Assembly: GCF_000007145.1 (NCBI RefSeq)
Contig: NC_003902.1
Span: forward strand, 1,717,436 to 1,749,435
Direction of reading: 5' to 3'
Length of the DNA stretch: 32,000 bases
Source: Xanthomonas campestris pv. campestris str. ATCC 33913
GTDB lineage: Bacteria > Pseudomonadota > Gammaproteobacteria > Xanthomonadales > Xanthomonadaceae
Part shown: piece after piece, positions 9,224 through 16,814 of the stretch
How the letters are laid out: every line of letters begins with the position of its first letter
How positions within the stretch are numbered: the stretch's first letter is position 1
Notes under the pieces: model-generated
What the model saw: only the letters and a program-made list of their open reading frames with translations
Told to the model about the DNA's origin: nothing
Databases searched by the model: none
Translations under genes and position numbers: made by a program

Positions 9224-9272
9224 GATTCATCCACACAGGGTGTGGATGAATCCTGGACAAGCATGTGGATAA
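9224..9272. promoter_or_regulatory. Cluster of three DnaA-box-like 9-mers, including a 13-bp perfect palindrome
   Basis: GATTCATCCACAC (9224-9236) and GTGTGGATGAATC (9240-9252) are perfect reverse complements with a 3-nt spacer. Each arm contains TCATCCACA, which matches the DnaA box TTATCCACA at 8 of 9 positions. TGTGGATAA at 9264-9272 is a perfect box on the opposite strand. Confidence 0.4.
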
Positions 9273-9335
9273 CTCGCATCAGCCCTTGCCGCGCAACGGC
9301 CGGGTTTGCCATGGTCAAAAAATGACCAGCTGGCG

Positions 9336-9533
9336 TTATGCCGCTTGCAGGCTCAGTTCGCCGCCGCTGGTGACGAAGCGTTGGCCCTGCCGCAGCAGAT
9401 GGCGACCGTCGGGGAGCTCATAGCGTGGTGTCGCGTGTGTCTGCGCGCGCCCCTGCGGTTGGTCGTCGCGGAACTCGATGATCACGTAGGGCTCGCCGTC
9501 TGCACCGACGGCTGGAAATTGCCGAAAAGACAT
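9336..9533 (-). CDS. Hypothetical small protein (65 aa)
   Basis: ORF 9336-9554, with the start moved to the ATG at 9533. That ATG is preceded by GAGGAGG with a 6-nt spacer (GAGGAGGTGCGAGATG on the minus strand). By my count about 72% of third codon positions are G or C. I recognise no homolog. The product is MSFRQFPAVGADGEPYVIIEFRDDQPQGRAQTHATPRYELPDGRHLLRQGQRFVTSGGELSLQAA. Confidence 0.45.
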   Translation of the reverse strand: MSFRQFPAVGADGEPYVIIEFRDDQPQGRAQTHATPRYELPDGRHLLRQGQRFVTSGGELSLQAA

Positions 9534-9803
9534 CTCGCACCTCCTCAGTTTCAAGGTTGCAATGCGACCGTCAACGATCGCGCGACCGGCGCTGTTGCCG
9601 GTGTCGCGAGCATGCGCAGCGCCGTGTTACCGATGCGTCGTCAAGCGATGAAGCACACAATGACGGCGCCGGTTGTGGCTGCTTTTTAGCTTCTCGCGCT
9701 ACGCGCGCGACACTTCGAGGGCATGGCAGTGGTGCGTTGCACGCTGCCCAGCGGCGGGCCTGTTGGGCTGGATGCACGGACATCCGGCCAGCGCCAGCGT
9801 GCG

Positions 9804-11207
9804 CTACTGGCGCAGCATCAAAGCGTCACGGTCCGCGGTGGCGGCGGCCAGTTCGGCACGTGCGGAGGCGATCCGCGCCTGTGCATCGATCAGCCGTACG
9901 CGGGCATCGTTGGCAGTTTCTTCGCGTTGATTGACGAGAAAAAAGTCGCCCGAGCCCAGTTCAAAACGGCGCCGCTCCGCCGCAGCGAGCCGGTCTGCCA
10001 GGCTGCGCTCCTCATCGGCGATGCCGGCCAGTCGCTGGGCGGCATTGAGCGAGATGACGATGGATTCCACTTCCACCGAAATCTGGTCGCGCAGGAAGCG
10101 ACTGCGTTGATCCAGCGCCTCGATCTCCGCGCGTGCCTCGGCCACGCGGCCTTTGGCGGAACGATTTTCCAGCGGCACGCTGAAACGGAAGCCGATGATC
10201 GCATCGGTCGGCGAACGGTTTGGGCCACCCACGCCGGGCGCGCCCAGATCCTTGCTGACCTCGAAACTCACGTCCAGGCGTGGCTTCAGATCGTTCTGCG
10301 CCAGCATCAGGCGGGCGGTGGCCTGATCGATGCGGGTCAGCACGGCGCGGTAATCGGGGCGTTCCACCGGCGCGGTGATCTTGCTGGCGCCGGCCAGACC
10401 TTCGAGCGCGGAGGCGTCGGCGGGCAGCCGCTCGGCGGACACGATCAGCGGCATGCCGGCGTCGTCGCGCAGATACAAGGACAACGCATTGGCCGCATTG
10501 GCGAAGTCCTGCTCCGAGCGCACCACAAGCGCGCGGCGGCGCACCAGGTTCTGGTCGTTTTCGGTCAACAGAATGGTTGGCCGTGCGCCGAGCGTCACCT
10601 GCCGGGAAATGGCGTTGCGGCGGCGTTCGGCCAGCTCCAGCAGGTCCTTGTAGGCCCGCAGCTTCAGCCCGGCCGCGACCCAGCTCTGGTAGGCATCCAC
10701 CGCGCGGCGCTGCACGCCAATCGCCACCATCTCCGCTTCGTACTGCGCCACGTCGATGTCGCCGCTGGCCACGCTGCGACGGGTGCGGCGCTCATCCACC
10801 ACGCGGTCGCGCAGCAGCGCATACAGCGCACCGACTTTCACTTCGCCGCCGCGGTCGGTGTAGGACTTGTCTTCGTAGACCGGAAACGACCCGCGCGAGG
10901 ACCGGTACCCGCCGTAGTAGTAGCCGCCGTTTTCCTCGAAGGGCCGCTTGACCGTGCTCTCGATCGAACTGCCGTCGTAATAGCCGGCCTCGCGCGAGCG
11001 GCCATCTATATCGAACACCGTATCGAACGCGCCATTGGCCGATAGCCCCTTGCCTTCGGCCTGGCGCACCTTGGCCAGCGATTCGACGATTTGCGGCGCC
11101 GAGCGGGCAGAGGACTGCAACACCTCGTCCAGGGTCAGGGCAGCGGTCTGGGCGAATGCCGCTCCGGGGCAGAGTGCGATCAACAGGGCAACAAAACGGT
11201 GCATCAT
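9804..11207 (-). CDS. TolC-family outer membrane efflux/secretion protein (OMF)
   Basis: The 467-aa ORF has the signal peptide MMHRFVALLIALCPGAAFA-Q. It contains two tandem coiled-coil/beta-barrel repeats typical of the TolC/OEP family. Its ATG overlaps the stop of the upstream MFP gene (ATGA at 11207-11204). Confidence 0.85.
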   Translation of the reverse strand: MMHRFVALLIALCPGAAFAQTAALTLDEVLQSSARSAPQIVESLAKVRQAEGKGLSANGAFDTVFDIDGRSREAGYYDGSSIESTVKRPFEENGGYYYGGYRSSRGSFPVYEDKSYTDRGGEVKVGALYALLRDRVVDERRTRRSVASGDIDVAQYEAEMVAIGVQRRAVDAYQSWVAAGLKLRAYKDLLELAERRRNAISRQVTLGARPTILLTENDQNLVRRRALVVRSEQDFANAANALSLYLRDDAGMPLIVSAERLPADASALEGLAGASKITAPVERPDYRAVLTRIDQATARLMLAQNDLKPRLDVSFEVSKDLGAPGVGGPNRSPTDAIIGFRFSVPLENRSAKGRVAEARAEIEALDQRSRFLRDQISVEVESIVISLNAAQRLAGIADEERSLADRLAAAERRRFELGSGDFFLVNQREETANDARVRLIDAQARIASARAELAAATADRDALMLRQ

Positions 11208-12289
11208 TTCTTGCCCGTCGCGTCGTCTTCGGCCTTGTACGCCGCCGGCTTGGCCTTGCCGTCATCCTGCTGCGTGGCCGTCGGGCGGCGGTCGAATTCC
11301 AGCGGGAAGTTGTTGAGTTGGCGCCACAGTTCGTAGCCGACCCGCACGGTTTCGCCCTGCACCCAGCCGCGCACCTTGCCGCCCTGGCGCGCGAATTCCT
11401 GCGCCGGCCACGCCGGCTTGCCCGGCATGGGTTCGACCAGGATGCGGAACAGTCCGTCGGGCGCTGCGTTGGGGTCGATCGCACGCACGCGGCCATCGAA
11501 CATGCCGTGCGCCACTGACGGCCAGCCGCTGAACTGGATTGCCGGCCAGCCTTCGAACTCCAGCCGCACCGGCCGTCCGGGGCGGATCAATGGCACGTCG
11601 CGGCCGTCGATATACAGCTCGACCGCACGCTCCACGCGCTCGGGCGCGATCACCGCGAGCACCGTGCCCGGCGACACCATCGCGCTGCCGCTGGCGGCGT
11701 TGAGCTGTTGCACGCGGCCGTCGCGCGGCGCACGCACCAACTGCGCAGACTGGCGATTCAACTGGATGTCGATCCGGGTCAACTTGGCGCGCGACTCGGC
11801 CAGCTTGGCATCGGCTTCGGCCACCTTGATCTGGGTCAGCTCGTAGTCACGGCGCCCGGCCAGGCCTTCGGCCAGCAATTGCCGGCTGCGCTCCACATCG
11901 ATGCCGGCCACCGCGCGTGATTGCTGGATGGCGGCGATCTCGGCCTGCACCTGCGCCCGTTCGCTGGCCAGGCGGGTCAGCAGGTCCGGGTCCAGATCGC
12001 CGACGCGCGCGATCGGGTCGCCACGCGAGACATGCTGGCCGTCGTGCACGTACCACGTCTCGACACGGCCGGGAACGAAGGCGGTGACCTGCTGCTGGCG
12101 ATCGCCCGGGTCCAGCGAGACCACCTGTCCCTTGCCGCTGGCGGTCTGCACCCACGGTGCCAGCGCCAGGATCGCCGCGGCAATGGCCACGCCGATCAGC
12201 AGCATCCAGGCCAGTGCCTTGGCGATGCTGGGCGGCCGCATCGCCGCCAGGGTTGGGAAGTGCGCGTTGCGATCAGCGGCCTGGCGCAT
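11204..12289 (-). CDS. HlyD-family membrane fusion protein (periplasmic adaptor)
   Basis: The 361-aa ORF has an N-terminal TM helix (ALAWMLLIGVAIAAAILALAPWV). It has a biotinyl/lipoyl-like hairpin (PGRVETWYVHDGQHVSRGDPIARV), a short coiled coil, and a beta-barrel domain (GMFDGRVRAIDPNA). A strong SD (AGGAGG) sits 6 nt before the ATG at 12289. The gene overlaps the ABC gene by 17 nt. Confidence 0.85.
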   Translation of the reverse strand: MRQAADRNAHFPTLAAMRPPSIAKALAWMLLIGVAIAAAILALAPWVQTASGKGQVVSLDPGDRQQQVTAFVPGRVETWYVHDGQHVSRGDPIARVGDLDPDLLTRLASERAQVQAEIAAIQQSRAVAGIDVERSRQLLAEGLAGRRDYELTQIKVAEADAKLAESRAKLTRIDIQLNRQSAQLVRAPRDGRVQQLNAASGSAMVSPGTVLAVIAPERVERAVELYIDGRDVPLIRPGRPVRLEFEGWPAIQFSGWPSVAHGMFDGRVRAIDPNAAPDGLFRILVEPMPGKPAWPAQEFARQGGKVRGWVQGETVRVGYELWRQLNNFPLEFDRRPTATQQDDGKAKPAAYKAEDDATGKK

Positions 12290-13964
12290 CGTCTGCCTCC
12301 TGCATGGATGCGATCAGGGCATCGCGCGTGGCGTAGCGCTGCTGCTGTCCGGGTTGCAGGCGGAACCAGCCGTCCAGGGTGATGTCCTCCGGCCGGCCGG
12401 TGCACAACAAGGCGGTGGTGCCGGTGGCTTTCAAACGACGCAGGATCTTGGTCAGGCGTTCGGCCGGAATCAGGTCGTACAGCTGCGACAGCATCAGCAC
12501 ACGCGGTTGCACCAGCAGCGCGTTGGCCAGCTTCAGCGCCATCACCTCGCCGATCCACAACGGGTAGCCGGAGGCGGCCAGACGCGTGTCCAGCCCCTTG
12601 GGAAGCGAGGCAATGCGGCTGCGCAAGCCCACCGCGTCGATGGCTTCCAGCATCGCTTCGGAGCTCACATCACTGGAGGCCAGCGCCAGGTATTCGCGAA
12701 TGGTGACCTCCACGATAGTGGGGCGGTCGAGCACGGTGACTTCCGAACGCAGCAGATACATGTCGAAGGTGGCCATGTCGGCGCCGCCCACCATCGCCAG
12801 CCCGCGGTCGGGCACCACGTGCCGTTTCAACACCATGGCCAGCAGCCGCTCGGCACCGCCATCGGCCAGCGTCACCAGCTGTTCGCCGGCGGCCAGCGAA
12901 AAGTCGAACCGCGCGCCATCGATCACCACCCCATCCAAGCGGACCGCGCTGTTGCCCGGGGTCTTGCCCGGCGCCACCACGGCGCGTTCCTGCGGAATCG
13001 CGAACAGCAACGAAAGTTCCTCGGAGCTGGCGACCAGGTCGTAGAGCGCATCCAGGTAGGTGCCTAGCTGGGAGATACCGTAGAACACCGCGCTCAGGAT
13101 CAGCTCGGCCGCCACCAGCTGGCCGATCGACAACTCACCGCGCAGGATCAGGTTGCCGCCCAGTGCCAGCAACGCGGCGCTGGCCACCGCGTAGACCAGC
13201 AGGAAGGAGGCGGTCTGGGTGAAGCTGTAGCTGAAGTGGCGCCGATGCCGATCGATGTAGGCGGCCGTGACCGCCTCGGAGCGATCCATTGCGAAATCGA
13301 GATGGCGGCTGGACTTGTAGAACCCGTTGGAGCCGCCGACGCTTTCCAGCCAGCGTGCTGCCTCGTGCTTGGCGTGGCTCAGATCCACCGCGGTGCGGAT
13401 CGACCCGCGCGACCAGATCATCCAGATGCTGAAGATCACCAGCAGCAGCAAGGCGTTGAAGCCCAGGAAAAACGGGTGGTAGAAGCTGGTGACGATCAGC
13501 CCCACCGCCGACTGCAGCACGATGGTGAACGCACCGATGGCCAGACTCGGCACGGCCTTCTGCACCACCACCAGATCGAAGTAGCGGTTGAACATGTCGC
13601 CGCGGTTCTGGTCGGCGAAGAACGGGTTTTGCGCATGCACGGCGCGCACCGTGATCTCGGCCACCACGCGTGCGAACAAGCGGCGTTCGAACAGCGCCAT
13701 GACCCACACCCGCATCGCGCTCAGGCCGGCGACCAGCAGCAACAGGCCGAGCAACAATACCGACAAGGTCCATAGCGGCGTGGGCAGCGCGGTGTTGGCC
13801 ACGCTGTTGATCAGCAACTGCACCGAGATTGGCGTGGCCAGCGACAACAGACTGATCGCCACGCCGTAGACGATGGCCAGACGCACATAGGGCATGTCCG
13901 GCCCGACGATCTCCGCCAGCCAGCTTGCCGCTTCCCGCCATCCGATCTGTTTGCCCGCCGCCAT
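12273..13964 (-). CDS. ABC exporter-like protein (TMD-NBD half transporter) with a degenerate, probably non-catalytic nucleotide-binding domain
   Basis: The 563-aa ORF has an N-terminal six-helix type-I exporter TMD. The C-terminal domain is collinear with HlyB/MsbA NBDs. Walker A reads LADGGAERLL, the signature reads PLWIGE, Walker B reads VLMLSQ, and the H-loop reads LLCTGR. It is the first gene of the ABC-MFP-OMF operon. Confidence 0.85.
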   Translation of the reverse strand: MAAGKQIGWREAASWLAEIVGPDMPYVRLAIVYGVAISLLSLATPISVQLLINSVANTALPTPLWTLSVLLLGLLLLVAGLSAMRVWVMALFERRLFARVVAEITVRAVHAQNPFFADQNRGDMFNRYFDLVVVQKAVPSLAIGAFTIVLQSAVGLIVTSFYHPFFLGFNALLLLVIFSIWMIWSRGSIRTAVDLSHAKHEAARWLESVGGSNGFYKSSRHLDFAMDRSEAVTAAYIDRHRRHFSYSFTQTASFLLVYAVASAALLALGGNLILRGELSIGQLVAAELILSAVFYGISQLGTYLDALYDLVASSEELSLLFAIPQERAVVAPGKTPGNSAVRLDGVVIDGARFDFSLAAGEQLVTLADGGAERLLAMVLKRHVVPDRGLAMVGGADMATFDMYLLRSEVTVLDRPTIVEVTIREYLALASSDVSSEAMLEAIDAVGLRSRIASLPKGLDTRLAASGYPLWIGEVMALKLANALLVQPRVLMLSQLYDLIPAERLTKILRRLKATGTTALLCTGRPEDITLDGWFRLQPGQQQRYATRDALIASMQEADDAPGR

Positions 13965-14036
13965 TGCACTTCCGCTGATGAGTTCAGTGCAGCATTGACG
14001 AGTTCGTGCTTACGAACAAGGCCGGCGAGCTTATTT

Positions 14037-14061
14037 GCCGCATAGGATTTTCCTATGCGGC
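14037..14061. promoter_or_regulatory. 10-bp perfect inverted repeat containing an ATAG-N7-CTAT (T-N11-A) LysR-type box; alternatively a hairpin terminator for the LysR gene
   Basis: The sequence is GCCGCATAGG-ATTTT-CCTATGCGGC. It overlaps the LysR stop codon (TAG, 14055-14053). It lies about 75 bp upstream of the ABC start at 13964. Confidence 0.35.
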
Positions 14062-14952
14062 GGCGGCACGCAGCAATTCGGCGATAAGCCCGAACGCCGG
14101 CGCACGGCCGGCACCTTGTCGCCAGAGCAGGCCGATGTCGCGGTAATAGCGCCCACCCTTGACCGGCCGTACCACCACATCGTCGCCCTCGCGGATCTCC
14201 TGGCGCACGTACAGATCCGGCAGCAGCGCCAGGCCCATGCCCATGCCGGCCATCTGCCGGATCGCATCCAGACTGGTCCCTTCGTAATCGCGCAGCACGT
14301 TGGCGCCGACTTCCGCCGCAATCGCGGCCACCTGCTCGGCCAGGCGATATTCCGGCATCAGCGTCAGCAAGCTGGTGCCGCGCAAATCGGCGGGGGTGAT
14401 GCAGGCCTTGGTCCGCAGCGGATGGTCGGCGGCCATGGTCACGTGCAACGGTTCGCGGAACAGGCGTTCGCTGTGCAGGCCGCGCCCGGCCACCGGCAAC
14501 TGCGCCAGGATCACGTCGTGCACGCCAGTGGCCAGGTCGCTGGCCAGCACTGTTGGCAATCCTTCGCGCACATGCACGCGCAGCGCCGGATGCTCCCGGT
14601 GCAGCCGCGCCACCAGGCTGGGCATCAGGTACGCGCCCAGCGTGGGCGACACGCCGAGCCGGATGGTGCCGATCAGCGAATCTGCCGAGGTGGCGCGCAC
14701 GTCTTCCAGGTCGGCCAGATCGAGCAGGATGCTGCGTGCACGCGCCAGCAGTTCGCGCCCCAATGGGGTAAGGATCGCCGGCCCGCCGCGTTCGAACAAC
14801 GGCGCGCCGATGATGGTTTCCAGTCCCCGGATCTGCTGCGACAGCGAGGGTTGCGAAACGCCCATCTGCTCGGCGGCACGGGTGAAGCTGCCGGTGTCTG
14901 CCAGCGCGACGAAATAACTGAGTTGGCGGATGGTGGTTCTGGGGCGGGGCAT
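14053..14952 (-). CDS. LysR-family transcriptional regulator
   Basis: The 299-aa ORF has an N-terminal HTH (IRQLSYFVALADTGSFTRAAEQMGVSQPSLSQQIRGLE). The C-terminal region is a LysR substrate-binding domain. Confidence 0.9.
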   Translation of the reverse strand: MPRPRTTIRQLSYFVALADTGSFTRAAEQMGVSQPSLSQQIRGLETIIGAPLFERGGPAILTPLGRELLARARSILLDLADLEDVRATSADSLIGTIRLGVSPTLGAYLMPSLVARLHREHPALRVHVREGLPTVLASDLATGVHDVILAQLPVAGRGLHSERLFREPLHVTMAADHPLRTKACITPADLRGTSLLTLMPEYRLAEQVAAIAAEVGANVLRDYEGTSLDAIRQMAGMGMGLALLPDLYVRQEIREGDDVVVRPVKGGRYYRDIGLLWRQGAGRAPAFGLIAELLRAAAA

Positions 14953-15026
14953 GGGTCAGCTCCTGGCCTCAGCGCGTGCGGGCGTGCATGCCGAGGTGGC
15001 CGTACGCGCGTGCCGCGTGATTGCAG

Positions 15027-15057
15027 CGATCAGTGAGCGTGTGGCGGTCACTGATCG
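15027..15057 (-). terminator. Hairpin at the 3' end of the ABCB-type exporter gene (possible terminator, no clear U-tract)
   Basis: The stem is CGATCAGTGA (15027-15036) / TCACTGATCG (15048-15057), 10 bp, with an 11-nt loop. It includes the stop codon at 15050-15048. Confidence 0.3.
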
Positions 15058-16814
15058 ATGAACTGCAGCTTCGCCAACTCCGCGTACAGCCCGCCTTCGG
15101 CCACCAGTTGTGCATGCGTGCCCTGCGCCACGATGCGGCCGGCGTCCATCACCACAATGCGATCTGCCTTGAGCACCGTTGCCAGGCGATGCGCGATGAC
15201 CAGCGTGGTGCGGCCCTGCATCAAGCGGTCCAGCGCCTGCTGCACCGCGCGCTCGCTTTGTGCATCCAGCGCACTGGTGGCCTCGTCCAGCAACAGGATC
15301 GGAGCATCCTTGAGCAGCGCCCGTGCGATTGCCACGCGCTGCTGCTGGCCGCCGGACAGGCGCGTGCCGCGCTCGCCCAGTTCGCTGGCATAGCCCTGCG
15401 GCAATGCGCGCAAGAAGATGTCGGCCTCGGCAGCCGTGGCGGCGGCTTCCACCTGCGCGTCGCTGGCGTCCAGGCGGCCATACCGGATGTTGTCGGCGGC
15501 ACTGGCGGCGAACAAGGTCGGCTGCTGCGGGACTAGTGCGATCTGCTCGCGCAGCAGCACTGGATCGGTCTGGCGCAGATCTACGTCATCGATCCGCACG
15601 CTGCCGCTCAGCGGGTCGTGGAAGCGCAACAGCATCGCCAGCACCGTGCTCTTGCCGGCGCCGGAGGGGCCGACCAGCGCCACGGTTTCGCCCGGCTGCA
15701 CATGCAGGTCGAAGCCATCCAGCGCCGGCATGTCCGGGCGCTGCGGGTAGTGGAAGACCACCTGGTCGAAATGGATCGCGCCACGCACCGGCACCGGCAA
15801 CGGCTGCGGGGTCGCGGGCGCGACAATTGCCGACTGCTCGTCGAGCAACTCGCCGATCCGCCCCATGCCACCGGCAGCGCGTTGCAGCTCGTTCCATACT
15901 TCGGCCAGCGCACCCACCGAACCACCGCCAATCAGTGCATACAGCACGAACTGGCCCAGCGTGCCCGGCGTCATCTGCCCGGCGATGACATCGTGCGCGC
16001 CCAACCACAGCACCGCGACGATGGCCCCGAAGATCAGCATGATCGCCACTGCGGTGACGGTGGCCTGGGTGCGGATGCGTACGCGCGCGGTCCCGATGGC
16101 TGCCTGCAAGGCCTGGCTGAAGCGGTTGCTCTCGTAGCCCTCGCGCGCATGTGCCTGCACCGTGCGCACCGCCCCTAGTGTTTCGGCGGCAAGCGTGTTG
16201 GCATCGGCCACGCGGTCCTGGCTGGCCCGCGAGATCTTCTGCAGGCGTCGCGCGCCGAGCACGATCGGCAGCACCGCCAGCGGAATGCCGATCAAGGTGA
16301 AGCCGGCCAGCCGCGGGCTGGTGACGAACAGCATCACCAGGCTGCCGATCACCGTGACCGAACTGCGCAAGGCCACCGACATGGTGGTGCCGACCACGCC
16401 GCGCAGCAGTTCGCTGTCGGCCGATAGGCGCGACACCAGCTCGCCACTGCGGCTGCGATCGTGGAAGCCGGCATCCAGGCCAATCAGATGGGCATACAGG
16501 CGGCCGCGCAGATCGGCGACCACTTTTTCGCCCAGCAGCGCCACGAAATAAAAGCGCGCCGCCGTGGCCAGCGCCAGCACCACCGCCACTGCAAACAGCA
16601 GCGCGAAGGCCTGGTTGATCTGCGTTCCGCCGGAGAAGCCGTGGTCGATCATGCGCTTGACCGCAGCCGGCAGGCTCAGCGTGGCCGCCGAGGAGACCGC
16701 CAATGCGACCAGCCAGGCCGCGAACAGGCCGCGCTGGCGCTGCACGAAGGGCCACAGGGTGCGCAGGTTGCCAAGCTTGCGGAGTGGGGCAGGCTTGGCG
16801 GGGGGCTGGCTCAT
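15048..16814 (-). CDS. ABC transporter permease/ATP-binding protein (ABCB/MsbA-like exporter)
   Basis: ORF 15048-17261. The start is moved to the ATG at 16814 (MSQPPAKPAPLRKLGNLRTLWPF...), which overlaps the yigZ-like stop (ATGA). All NBD motifs are intact: GPSGAGKST, LSGGQQQRVAIARALL, ILLLDEATSALD and VIAHRL. Confidence 0.9.
   Translation of the reverse strand: MSQPPAKPAPLRKLGNLRTLWPFVQRQRGLFAAWLVALAVSSAATLSLPAAVKRMIDHGFSGGTQINQAFALLFAVAVVLALATAARFYFVALLGEKVVADLRGRLYAHLIGLDAGFHDRSRSGELVSRLSADSELLRGVVGTTMSVALRSSVTVIGSLVMLFVTSPRLAGFTLIGIPLAVLPIVLGARRLQKISRASQDRVADANTLAAETLGAVRTVQAHAREGYESNRFSQALQAAIGTARVRIRTQATVTAVAIMLIFGAIVAVLWLGAHDVIAGQMTPGTLGQFVLYALIGGGSVGALAEVWNELQRAAGGMGRIGELLDEQSAIVAPATPQPLPVPVRGAIHFDQVVFHYPQRPDMPALDGFDLHVQPGETVALVGPSGAGKSTVLAMLLRFHDPLSGSVRIDDVDLRQTDPVLLREQIALVPQQPTLFAASAADNIRYGRLDASDAQVEAAATAAEADIFLRALPQGYASELGERGTRLSGGQQQRVAIARALLKDAPILLLDEATSALDAQSERAVQQALDRLMQGRTTLVIAHRLATVLKADRIVVMDAGRIVAQGTHAQLVAEGGLYAELAKLQFIDQ

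Noticed and set aside
9306-9689. 127-aa + strand ORF
   Set aside because: It is antisense to the 65-aa ORF that has the strong SD. It has no SD of its own and an implausible composition.
9723-13067. + strand ORFs 9723-11045 (440 aa) and 11901-13067 (388 aa)
   Set aside because: They are antisense to the TolC-family, HlyD-family and ABC genes. They have no motifs and have shadow-ORF composition.
14035-15036. 333-aa + strand ORF
   Set aside because: It is antisense to the LysR regulator, which has a clear HTH and substrate-binding domain.
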